This document shows positions 34,801 through 43,245 of a stretch of DNA of 64,000 nt, piece after piece. Origin of the DNA: Ignavibacteria bacterium (GTDB lineage Bacteria; Bacteroidota; Ignavibacteria; SZUA-365); NCBI GenBank assembly GCA_016720835.1, contig JADKJW010000009.1, forward strand, positions 99,496-163,495, in the 5' to 3' direction. Each line of letters opens with the position of its first letter. Within the stretch, counting starts at the first letter, position 1. The translations under genes were made by a program, and so were the position numbers. A model generated the notes under the pieces. That model searched no databases. It was given only the letters and a program-made list of their open reading frames with translations, and was not told the origin of the DNA.

Positions 34801-35534
34801 CGCATCAGTGCTGGTCGGAGACGGCCATCCTGCATCCGCTCATCGAAGGCATGATCGGGTGGAAACCCGACGCGATCATCGGCTCCGACGGCAGACCCCT
34901 GTCGCAGTTGCGTCCACGCTTCCCGATGGAATGGGACACTGCCACGGTGCGCAATCTGCGCGTCGGCAACACGCGAATGGAATTGACGCTCTCCCGCACC
35001 GATACCGCCACCACATACACCGTTCGCGCCACCGAGCGCGGCGGCGTGGCGATGGAATTCGCGCCCGAGATCCCCGAAGGCGCGCATGTTCTCGGGGTGG
35101 AGCTCAGCGGCTTCGCAGTGGCGGGCGATTTCATCCGCAACCACCGCGGACTGCTCGATCCCCCGCTGCGCTTCACCGGCGACGCCATGATCGTCGTGCG
35201 GCACCGCGGCGGCGCCGCCATGCTTGCGGAGCTTCCCCGCCCCGCGCCGGGCGATTCCTCGCTCGGCTACCGCATTGTGGACGACGTGCGTCCCGCCGCG
35301 GCGAAGAGCGGTTTCGCGTACGCCGTTTCCCTCGAAGGCCGCGCCGGCACGACCCACGAATTCACCCTGCGCACGTTCGGCGAACCCGTTTCCAAAATGA
35401 AGGGCGCGAAAGCCTTCACGCAGAGCGGCAACAGATGCACCTTCTCCGTGTCCTTCCCGAAGTCCCGGGAGCGATATTCGGAGGCAGTGGTCTTGTTCTC
35501 GATTGGTGCGAAACGAAATATCGGGGTACGGTGA
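31850..35534 (+). CDS. Exported GDE_C / amylo-alpha-1,6-glucosidase-like (alpha/alpha)6 glycosidase, frameshifted near 32215
   Basis: Signal peptide MKWMFLVLLSVLMLGVPEARG in the frame of track ORF 31706..32263. The rest is in ORF 32070..35534, with GRPGYAWWFGRDAAWASLA, DGDGLIEN and HEGSVWPLFTGW typical of the GDE_C/GH-like six-hairpin fold. The frames join at the G-run 32215-32218. Confidence 0.7.
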
Positions 35535-35603
35535 CAGGGGTAAGGTGACCGGGGTAAGGTGAAGGTGAAGGAGAAGGTGAAGGAGAAGGTGAAGGTGACA
35601 GGG
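35530..35603 (+). repeat. Micro-repeat tract T2 (GGTGA[A/C]-type, 6- and 14-nt periods)
   Basis: ggtgacaggggtaa ggtgaccggggtaa ggtgaa ggtgaa ggagaa ggtgaa ggagaa ggtgaa ggtgac aggg. The first TGA (35532-35534) is the stop codon of the glycosidase gene. Confidence 0.9.
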
Positions 35604-35626
35604 CTGAACGAGTGTGAAAGGCAACG

Positions 35627-35706
35627 GTCATCCTGAGCGACCCGTCCGACGAAGCCGAGCGAAGCGAGGCGTAGTCGGAAGCGAAGGATCTGAACGTTCA
35701 GGATTC
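35627..35706 (+). repeat. Dispersed element E (GTCATCCTGAGCGA...GAAGCGAAGGATCT type) with terminal inverted repeat
   Basis: gtcatcctgagcga ... gaagcgaaggatctgaacgttcaggattc. ATCCTGAGCG (35630-35639) pairs with CGTTCAGGAT (35694-35703). Contains the 12-bp palindrome CTGAACGTTCAG. A weaker copy lies at 35746-35777. Confidence 0.7.
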
Positions 35707-35921
35707 GAGTATCGTTCGGAAAATATTTCATGAGCAGCGCAGCAGCCTGCCCTGAGCGAAGCCGAAGGGAAGCATCTGCTTGCCCACCCTGCACGCGTCT
35801 CAGCGAATCAGTAGCCGATTTCGCCACGAAGGGTGTTCTTGCTTCATGATGACACTTGCTGGAATCCGCTGATTGGAATATCTTCATCCTGATCCACCAG
35901 CCCTTACACATTTACAACGGT

Positions 35922-37016
35922 ATGACGTTGCCGACCCCGCTTCCCGAGCCACCCGCGTTTGAAATCGGCCTGTATTCCTTCGCGGAACTGCTTCCCGATC
36001 CGGTGACGGGCGCGCGCATCAGTCCCGCCGAACGCCTGCGCAATCTCCTCGAGACCATCGAGCTCGCCGACCAGGTGGGACTTGACGTGTTCGCCATCGG
36101 CGAGCATCACCGGCCGGACTTCCTGGCGTCCGCTCCCGCCGTCATTCTCGCGGCGGCCGCGGCGCGCACGACGCGCATCCGTCTGAGCAGCGCCGTGACG
36201 GTACTGAGTTCCGACGATCCGGTGCGGGTGTTCCAGGAGTATGCGACGCTCGACCTCCTCTCGCGGGGCCGGGCCGAAATCATGGCGGGACGCGGCTCCT
36301 TCATCGAATCCTTCCCGCTGTTCGGCTACGACCTCAAGGACTACGACGAACTCTTCGCGGAGAAACTCGAACTGCTCCTCGCGCTGCGCAGGTCCGAGCA
36401 GGTGACCTGGTCGGGCAGGCACCGCCCCGCGATCGACGATCTCGGCGTGTATCCGCGACCGTTCCAGGCGGAACTGCCCGTGTGGATCGCCGTCGGCGGC
36501 ACGCCCGCCTCCGTGGCGCGCGCGGGAACGCTCGGTCTCCCGCTCGCCATCGCCATCATCGGCGGCCTGCCGGAACGCTTTGCTCCTCTCGCGGATTTGT
36601 ACCGGCGCTCCGCCGCGCAAGCCGGACACGATGCATCGACGCTCGCGGTGAGCATCAATTCGCACGGCTTCATTGCCGATGATGCGCGGACGGCGGCGGA
36701 CGACTACTTCCCCGCCATTTTTGCGGTGATGACGAATATCGGAAGGGAGCGCGGCTGGCCAGGAATGACACGCGAGCAGTTCGACTTCTCGCGGTCGCTG
36801 CGCGGTTCGGATTACGTCGGATCACCCGACGAGATCATCGAGAAGGCGCTCTTTCAACATGAGCTCTTCGGACACCAGCGTCTGCTGTTGCAACTGGGCG
36901 TCGGGTCGATTCCGCACGCGAAGATGCTGCGGGCGGTCGAGCTTCTGGGCACCCGCGTGGCACCGGTCCTGCGGGAGGAAATCAGCACACGGTCGGCTCG
37001 GGCTCCTCGCTCCTGA
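35922..37016 (+). CDS. LLM-class flavin-dependent oxidoreductase (luciferase-like monooxygenase family)
   Basis: [11 protein letters not shown]...[27 protein letters not shown]...[29 protein letters not shown] is the characteristic LLM TIM-barrel N-terminus. Start taken as ATG 35922 (MTLPTPLP). Confidence 0.8.
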   Translation: MTLPTPLPEPPAFEIGLYSFAELLPDPVTGARISPAERLRNLLETIELADQVGLDVFAIGEHHRPDFLASAPAVILAAAAARTTRIRLSSAVTVLSSDDPVRVFQEYATLDLLSRGRAEIMAGRGSFIESFPLFGYDLKDYDELFAEKLELLLALRRSEQVTWSGRHRPAIDDLGVYPRPFQAELPVWIAVGGTPASVARAGTLGLPLAIAIIGGLPERFAPLADLYRRSAAQAGHDASTLAVSINSHGFIADDARTAADDYFPAIFAVMTNIGRERGWPGMTREQFDFSRSLRGSDYVGSPDEIIEKALFQHELFGHQRLLLQLGVGSIPHAKMLRAVELLGTRVAPVLREEISTRSARAPRS

Positions 37017-37072
37017 CCCGATGTCTTCACGCAACGTCTCCATCACTTTGCATCCCAGCACGCGCATCCATC

Positions 37073-37447
37073 ATGTCCAGCACCATCACCTACAATCCCG
37101 CATTGAAAATCATTGAGACCGTGTACAGAATCGAGCACGGTCCCCAGGAGTTGTTCGAGGTTGCCGCGGCGACGCTCAGTCTGGCGAGAAAGAACCAATG
37201 CAGGCGGTTCTACGGCGATTGTTCGGAGTTGCTCCTGGGAAACAGCATGACGGATATCAAGAATCTGGTGACGTTCATCAAGGCCACAGGTGTGGACTAT
37301 AATGACAAGGAAGCGCTGTGCATTCCGACAGCGCCCGAAGCCGCGCAGTATTTCGTGTACTTTGAAGAACTCTGCCTCCAGCAAGGATTCCGCGTCAAGG
37401 TCTTTCCGTCCCGCGACGAAGCCGTCGCCTGGTTGCTGGAGGACTGA
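37073..37447 (+). CDS. Hypothetical small protein (possibly a STAS/SpoIIAA-like fold)
   Basis: 124-aa ORF in a lower-GC islet that ends ...FPSRDEAVAWLLED. No motif that I can assign with confidence. Confidence 0.45.
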   Translation: MSSTITYNPALKIIETVYRIEHGPQELFEVAAATLSLARKNQCRRFYGDCSELLLGNSMTDIKNLVTFIKATGVDYNDKEALCIPTAPEAAQYFVYFEELCLQQGFRVKVFPSRDEAVAWLLED

Positions 37448-37481
37448 TCCGGCTTTCCCGCGAATGGAACACCGCTCCGCG

Positions 37482-37613
37482 TCACCGCGTCAGTTCTCTT
37501 CCTTGTGCCTCTTCCCAGTACGCACGAGGGGATATGATGCGCGTGTCGTGGATACTCCCAAGGCGCAACAGTTCCTTGTCCCCCGTGACGAGGCGCAGCG
37601 CAAGCCTGGAAGG
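37482..37613 (-). pseudogene. 3'-terminal remnant of a PIN-domain (VapC-like) toxin gene
   Basis: My own translation of the minus strand gives PSRLALRLVTGDKELLRLGSIHDTRIISPRAYWEEAQGRELTR*. This reads like the last helix/strand of a PIN toxin (…PLVTGDKEL…). It has no start and is preceded by an in-frame stop. Confidence 0.5.
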
Positions 37614-37651
37614 TCATCCTGATCTGAGGAACTGATGCACTCCACGGGAAG

Positions 37652-37834
37652 TCAGGTGATGTCGCCACGGCGGCGAGGATTGTCGCGCGAGATATCGAAG
37701 CGCTGCACGCGCAATTGCCGCCGTAGCGCTTCCCTCGCAATTTCGCTGCGATTGATTCCGGATGAACGGCTGGCTTTCGAGAGCAGGTCGCTCAGGTCCT
37801 TGTCGAGCCTGATGGTCAGTGTTCTTGTCTTCAT
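37652..37834 (-). CDS. Ribbon-helix-helix (CopG/VapB-like) antitoxin-type protein
   Basis: MKTRTLTIRLDKDLSDLLSKASRSSGINRSEIAREALRRQL is an RHH beta-strand plus two helices. The upstream 62 codons of track ORF 37652..38020 run through a dispersed repeat and are rejected. Confidence 0.65.
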   Translation of the reverse strand: MKTRTLTIRLDKDLSDLLSKASRSSGINRSEIAREALRRQLRVQRFDISRDNPRRRGDIT

Positions 37835-38023
37835 GTCGTACAATGTAAGACACGATGCGAAATGAGTCAAGCGCCTAGTTTCATGCGCCGAAGCTCCTCT
37901 CCGCGTGCCGTCCCCTCCTGAACGCAGGGAATGACCGCAGAGGCGCAGAGAGAGGACGCAGAGAACAAGTTCTTTCGCCGTTCGATTGCAGAGATTGGTG
38001 AAATCCCGCAACACGTGCACTGC

Positions 38024-41000
38024 TCAGAACGTCACCTTCACTGTCACCACCTTGTGCTTCGGCACGCGTACGCGAACGCTGTTGCCGGTTCTTGCGAGCG
38101 GCGTTCCGTCGGCTTCGAGCACGGAGGACAACACCGCGGATTTCGGGGCCTTCACGAAACGGATGTCCGCCTCCGATTCCACCCCGTGCGCGTCGTAGAG
38201 CTGCAGCACGAGGGCGTCGCCGTCCTCGGCCTTCTTGACGGACGCGAGGACGATGTTGTCCGGCGACACCGTAACGAAGGGCTGTGACGCGGGCAGTTCC
38301 CCCGTGTGCGCGGTGGTGAACACGGGCAGCAGTGGTGTGTTGAATTCGTAGCCGCGGCGCACGGTGCCGGCGCTTTTCCAGTCGCCCGCATGCGGATAGA
38401 GGGCGTAGTCGATCTCGTGTTTGCCGCGGTCGGCCGTCGGATCGGGCCACACCGGCGCGCGGAGCAGCGAGAGGCGCAGCACGCCGGCGCGGGCGTCGTG
38501 CCCGTACTTCGCGGAGTTCAGGAGGCTCACGCCGTACCTGGCGTCGGACATGTCGGCCCAGCGCAGCGCGGGCACCTCCGTCTTCGCCTTCTCGAGCGGA
38601 GTCCCGGGAAGCGCCGCGCGGCGTATCGATCCGAAGGGAATCTCGAATGTCACGATCTCGCTCTTCACGGCGAGCGGAAAGGCCGCCTTGAGCATGATCT
38701 TCTCCTCCCACCAGTCCGCCGCGAGATGGAAATCCATGCGGTCGATGCCGTTGTACAAGATCACGTCCTGATCGAAGAACGAGGAAGGGAAGTACTCCGT
38801 GGGATACTCCTTCGTCGTGCCGGGACGCAGGAAATCGTGCTTCAGCCGCAGCACGGTGCGCACGGGTCCCGTCTCCACGACCTCGCAGCCGCGGTACTTC
38901 AGCGGGTAGGTGACGCCCGTCCAGCCGATGTTCCAGGCCGACCACGCCTTCGGCACGTCCTCGAGCAGCTGCAGTTCGTTGCCCGGTCCGGCCAGCACTT
39001 CCCTGTCGGCGCGAAGATCCCTGATGGACGACAGCCAGCCACTCGCGGTATCCACCCGCACGCGGAAGGCGCCGCTCTCGAGTGTTCCATTGCGAAACAG
39101 CGCCGCAGGCGTCTGCACCGCGCTCTTGCCGACAATGGCGGGCGCGAGCGCGTAGGTGGCGTAGCCGATGGACGGCACGTCGCGCGCGATGAAGAGCAGC
39201 TCGCGGCGGGAACGGTCGATGCGGACGGCCTGCGACGGCACGTCGGCACCATCGGAGTTCCGGATCTCGTACTCCGCATCGTCCCACGCGGGCAGCGGCA
39301 CGCGGACCAGATCTGTGCGCGTCCACGCCAGCGGATTGAACACGACGAGCGGCCTGCCGTTCTTCACCGATGAGGTGTTGACCCGCGAGGCGATGGCATC
39401 CAGCGACCGGTCGAGCGCGTGCCCTGCGAGCAGCGCGGCATCGCGGTACGTCTCCGCGGCGTCGATGTACACTTCGCGGATGCTCGATCCCGGAAGGATG
39501 TCGTGGAACTGGTTGAGCATCACGCCCTCCCAGGCGTCGCGCAGATCCTGCGAAGGGTACGCCGCACCGAAGAGGGATGCGACGCTCGCGAATTTCTCCG
39601 CGTTGCCGAGCAGCGTTTCGTGCCTGCGGTTGCCCTCCTTCACCTTCGCCTGCGTGGTAAATGTGCCCTGATGGTACTCGAGGTACAGTTCGTCGGTCCA
39701 GACAGGAATCTTCGAGAGATCCTGCTTCTTCACCCAGTCGAGGTACTGCTTCGTCGTGCCGTACTCGATGGAGGGATACACGTCGAGCTTCTTGAGTTTC
39801 TCGATGCGGTCGATCATCTCGAGCGAGGGCCCGCCGCCGTGATCGCCCACGCCGAAGAGCACGATGAGCTTCTCGAAACCCGTGTTGGCCTCGTACTGGC
39901 GCAGCCAGTCGACGAGCTGGAAGGGGTTGTCCACCGTGTTGACGTAGTCGAAGGGAAACACGCTGAGGATGCGCGAGCCGTCGGCCGCCTCCCACCAGAA
40001 CACGCGGTGCGGAAACACGTTGACCTCGTTCCATCCGATTTTCTGCGTGATGAAGGCGTCGATACCGGCGTCCTTGTAGAACTGCGGCATGTTGCCGTTG
40101 TAGCCGAAGGAGTCGGGGTTCCAGCCGATGCCGACGTCCACGCCGAACTTCTCGCGGAAGTAGCGCTTGCCATAGAGCAGGTGCCGCATCCACGACTCGC
40201 CCGAGGGCAGGTTGCAGTCGGGCTCCACCCACATGCCGCCCGTGATCTCCCAGCGTCCGGTCTTCACCGCGTCCTGCACGCCCGCGAACACGGCCGGGAA
40301 GCGCTGCTCCATCCACTTGTAGTAGAGCGCCGAACTCTGCGTGTACGTGAAATCCGGCCGCGCGCGCATCATGTTGAACACCGAGGAGAAGGTGTTCTTG
40401 CACACCTCCACCGTCTCCTCCTTGCGCCACAGCCACGCGGCGTCGATGTGCGCGTTGGCGATGAAGAAGAGCGAGAAACGCTTTGCGTATGCGCCGACGG
40501 GCGTGAGCAGCGCGCGCGCGGCATCGACGGAGGCCTGGAAGCGCGGCAGGTCGCGCGCGTCCATCGCAGCAAAGTCGATCGCGGCCGCGGCCTTCTCGAG
40601 CTGCGCGCGCATGGCGAGCTTCTCGTCGCGGGAGATGCGCGAGCGGTCGATGCCCGGGTCCACCTTTACGCGGGCGTTGCTCTGATACGTGTCGAAGCCC
40701 GTCAGCTTCGCGCCGATGCGCAGACTCAGCGCGACGTTGGAGAGCAGCTCGGTCAACTCCTTCGACTGATCGAAGACCAGCTGCGCGCGCAGCAGGCGCA
40801 TCGGGCCGCCCGTGTTGTGCGCGCGTATCGCGAGCGAGAAATGCTGCCCCGGCGTCGCCTGCTCCGTGAGGACGAAATCGCCGTCCCACGGAAAGCGGCC
40901 CCTGTTCGCGCCGTCCACGTACAGGAAGCCGAAGTCGTCCACCGTCAGCAGCAGGCGCACCCTGCCCGCGACCGTCCGGCCGAGCGCGCTCTGCGGCAGC

Positions 41001-41242
41001 GTCACCTCGGCACGCATCCAGCACGAGTCGATCATCATCAGCCGCTGATCGTAGGCCAGGGGTTTCCACGCTGCATCATCGAAGCCTGCTTTGGCGGGAT
41101 CGACGGAGAAGTCCGTCGAATACGTCCACCCCTGCACGGTGATGCCGCGCAGTGAATCGAGTTGCGTCGCGGTCTGATCGATGGGAGTCTGCGCGTGCAC
41201 TCCCACCGACAGGAGGACAAGAAGGACAAAGAGGTGCTTCAT
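38024..41242 (-). CDS. GH38 alpha-mannosidase, exported
   Basis: Signal MKHLFVLLVLLSVGVHAQ. FFIANAHIDAAWLWRKEET, WEITGGMWVEPDCNLPSGES and GWNPDSFGYNGNMPQ are GH38 N-terminal catalytic-domain motifs. Confidence 0.9.
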   Translation of the reverse strand: MKHLFVLLVLLSVGVHAQTPIDQTATQLDSLRGITVQGWTYSTDFSVDPAKAGFDDAAWKPLAYDQRLMMIDSCWMRAEVTLPQSALGRTVAGRVRLLLTVDDFGFLYVDGANRGRFPWDGDFVLTEQATPGQHFSLAIRAHNTGGPMRLLRAQLVFDQSKELTELLSNVALSLRIGAKLTGFDTYQSNARVKVDPGIDRSRISRDEKLAMRAQLEKAAAAIDFAAMDARDLPRFQASVDAARALLTPVGAYAKRFSLFFIANAHIDAAWLWRKEETVEVCKNTFSSVFNMMRARPDFTYTQSSALYYKWMEQRFPAVFAGVQDAVKTGRWEITGGMWVEPDCNLPSGESWMRHLLYGKRYFREKFGVDVGIGWNPDSFGYNGNMPQFYKDAGIDAFITQKIGWNEVNVFPHRVFWWEAADGSRILSVFPFDYVNTVDNPFQLVDWLRQYEANTGFEKLIVLFGVGDHGGGPSLEMIDRIEKLKKLDVYPSIEYGTTKQYLDWVKKQDLSKIPVWTDELYLEYHQGTFTTQAKVKEGNRRHETLLGNAEKFASVASLFGAAYPSQDLRDAWEGVMLNQFHDILPGSSIREVYIDAAETYRDAALLAGHALDRSLDAIASRVNTSSVKNGRPLVVFNPLAWTRTDLVRVPLPAWDDAEYEIRNSDGADVPSQAVRIDRSRRELLFIARDVPSIGYATYALAPAIVGKSAVQTPAALFRNGTLESGAFRVRVDTASGWLSSIRDLRADREVLAGPGNELQLLEDVPKAWSAWNIGWTGVTYPLKYRGCEVVETGPVRTVLRLKHDFLRPGTTKEYPTEYFPSSFFDQDVILYNGIDRMDFHLAADWWEEKIMLKAAFPLAVKSEIVTFEIPFGSIRRAALPGTPLEKAKTEVPALRWADMSDARYGVSLLNSAKYGHDARAGVLRLSLLRAPVWPDPTADRGKHEIDYALYPHAGDWKSAGTVRRGYEFNTPLLPVFTTAHTGELPASQPFVTVSPDNIVLASVKKAEDGDALVLQLYDAHGVESEADIRFVKAPKSAVLSSVLEADGTPLARTGNSVRVRVPKHKVVTVKVTF

Positions 41243-41307
41243 AATCTGCTTTCCCGGATATTTCGTGAGAACAGTTTCTGCTTGGGAATTGAAAATGATT
41301 GATGTTT

Positions 41308-41724
41308 TCACTGAGGCATATTTGCACGATACGCGGCCACGAATTGCGCCGGGGTAACGACGCGAACACCGCCGCACAAGGCCTTCGGGTAATGGCGCCG
41401 GTTCCCGGTGATCAGATATTCGGCGCCCCCGGAGAGCGCCAGTTCCAGGAAGGGCTGGTCATCGGGATCAGGAAGCGCTGCGGGGAGCGGCGCCGCCGCG
41501 ACCGTCTGCCCGACGTGCGCGATATACTCCAACAACGACGCGACCATGTCCTGATCGAACGCGAATCGAGGTCGGGCGAGCACCTCCGCGTATTCCGACA
41601 GCACTCGCGCATCCAAACAGAGCGTGAGCGCGCCCGCGGACAGCATGCGCACGATCTCTCCAGGCGGACCGAAGGGCGACAGCAGCCCGGAGACGAGTAC
41701 GTTCGTATCGAGAACGACCTTCAC
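41308..41724 (-). CDS. PIN-family toxin (type II TA)
   Basis: (GTG)KVVLDTNVLVSGLLSP...DPDDQPFLELALSGGAEYLITGNRRHY carries the PIN acidic residues in the usual order. GTGA overlap with the antitoxin stop. Confidence 0.85.
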   Translation of the reverse strand: MKVVLDTNVLVSGLLSPFGPPGEIVRMLSAGALTLCLDARVLSEYAEVLARPRFAFDQDMVASLLEYIAHVGQTVAAAPLPAALPDPDDQPFLELALSGGAEYLITGNRRHYPKALCGGVRVVTPAQFVAAYRANMPQ

Positions 41725-42008
41725 CGCGAACGCTTTTTGCGTACGGAGGCGATTTCAGAGGCGATCTCCAGCTTCGAGAGCTTGTCCGTACCTTGTGTCA
41801 CCGACTGACGCTGCATTGCGGCAACAGCCTCGATCGCCCGCACCTGTCGGAACGCGGCGAGCGCTTCCTCCAGATTCGATTCATTCACCGCGGCGAGAAT
41901 GGCGACTGGCCGGCCGTTGCTCGTGATGACCATCTCGCGCTCGACGGGCAGATCCTGCCAGATCTCTCCGGACTTCCCTCGCAGGTCGCGCACACTGATG
42001 AATTTCAT
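41721..42008 (-). CDS. Phd/YefM-type antitoxin
   Basis: MKFISVRDLRGKSGEIWQDLPVEREMVITSNGRPVAILAAV is the Phd/YefM N-terminal fold pattern. AGGAGA RBS 6 nt upstream of ATG 42008. Confidence 0.75.
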   Translation of the reverse strand: MKFISVRDLRGKSGEIWQDLPVEREMVITSNGRPVAILAAVNESNLEEALAAFRQVRAIEAVAAMQRQSVTQGTDKLSKLEIASEIASVRKKRSR

Positions 42009-42134
42009 GGCCTTCTCCTTTCGTGGACCATAATGTGCACACAACTGTCACTCAATGTCAAGCACGAATACGCTCTCCGAGTGTCATTCCTGCCCCTGTA
42101 CACCCGATACACTCGCTCGCGAGCCTTTCATTGC

Positions 42135-42160
42135 AGATCCTTCGCTTCGCTCAGGATGAC
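42135..42160 (-). repeat. Dispersed element E, compact copy in reverse orientation
   Basis: agatccttcgcttcgctcaggatgac is the reverse complement of GTCATCCTGAGCGAAGCGAAGGATCT. Confidence 0.8.
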
Positions 42161-42182
42161 GATGGTGGAACGATTATACGAC

Positions 42183-42277
42183 TCACCGTTCACGATTCAC
42201 CATTCACGACCTCACGACTCACGCCCTCACGACTCACGATTCACGATTCACGACTTCACGACCTCACGATTCACGTC
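42183..42277 (-). repeat. Micro-repeat tract T3: ~13 units of TCACGA(N1-2) on the + strand, (N)TCGTGA on the minus strand
   Basis: tcaccg ttcacgat tcaccat tcacgacc tcacgac tcacgccc tcacgac tcacgat tcacgat tcacgact tcacgacc tcacgat tcacgtc. The permease stop codon (42271-42273) is the first TGA of the tract on the minus strand. Confidence 0.9.
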
Positions 42278-43245
42278 TTCTTCGCCTGATCGATCATCGT
42301 CGCCAGCAGAATCACCAACCCGACGATCACCTGCTGCAGGTAGCTGGAGACGTTCATCAGGTTCAGGCCGTTGCGGAGCACGGCGATGAGCATGGCGCCA
42401 ATGAAGGTGCCGACCAGCGTGCCGCGTCCGCCCTGCAGGCTGGTGCCGCCGACGACGACGGCGGCGATGGCGTCGAGTTCGTACATGCCGCCGGCGTTCG
42501 GCTGCCCGGAGTTCATGCGCGAGGCCAGGAGGATGCCGCTCACGGCGGAGAGCACGCCGCTGATCGCGTACACCGCGAGCAGGATGCGCTGCGGCCGCAC
42601 GCCCGCGAGGCGGGCCGCCTCGATGTTGCCGCCCACGGCGTAGACGTAGCGCCCGAAGCGCGTGCGCGTCAACACGACGTGCGCGACCGCGTACACGGCG
42701 AGCATGACGATGGTCGGCACGGGAATGCCGCCGAGCCGTCCGCCGCCGAGCGAGGCGAACTCGGCGGGGAGTTCCCAGACCGGGCGTCCGTCCGTGACGA
42801 CGAAGGCCGCGCCGCGCCAGATGGTCATCAGCGCGAGGGTGATGATGAAGGGCGTGATGCGGAAGCGCGTGACGAAGAGTCCGCCGCCGAGGCCCGACAG
42901 CGTGCCGAACAGGAGTCCCGCCGCGATGCCCGCGCCGATGTTGAGCGGGAAGGGCAGGTCCACCTTGCAGACGGTGGTCGCGACGATGCCCGCGAGCGCG
43001 ACCACCGAGCCGACCGACAGATCGATGCCCGCGGTCAGGATGACGAAGGTCATGCCCGCGGCGATGATGGCGTTGATCGATGCCTGCAGCGAGACGTTGA
43101 GCAGGTTCTCCCCGGTCATGAAGTAGGGTGAGAGCTGCGAGAAGATCAGCACCTGCAGCAGGAAGGCGAGCAGGATGCCGTAGCGTCCGAGAAGGTCGAC
43201 GACGGCGCGGCGTGTGTCAGTTGCCATGCCGCGCTCCCGTGTCAT
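42271..43245 (-). CDS. Sugar ABC transporter permease (RbsC-like)
   Basis: 324 aa, about 10 TM helices. ...TAGIDLSVGSVVAL... and ...GGTSLQGGRGTLVGTFIGAMLIAVLRNGLNL... are typical of the ribose/monosaccharide BPD family. Confidence 0.85.
   Translation of the reverse strand: MTRERGMATDTRRAVVDLLGRYGILLAFLLQVLIFSQLSPYFMTGENLLNVSLQASINAIIAAGMTFVILTAGIDLSVGSVVALAGIVATTVCKVDLPFPLNIGAGIAAGLLFGTLSGLGGGLFVTRFRITPFIITLALMTIWRGAAFVVTDGRPVWELPAEFASLGGGRLGGIPVPTIVMLAVYAVAHVVLTRTRFGRYVYAVGGNIEAARLAGVRPQRILLAVYAISGVLSAVSGILLASRMNSGQPNAGGMYELDAIAAVVVGGTSLQGGRGTLVGTFIGAMLIAVLRNGLNLMNVSSYLQQVIVGLVILLATMIDQAKKT

Noticed and set aside
37881-41069. 1062-aa alternative minus-strand frame overlapping the GH38 gene.
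   Set aside because: It is an Arg/Ala/Gly-rich out-of-frame translation. The 38024-41242 frame carries all the GH38 motifs.
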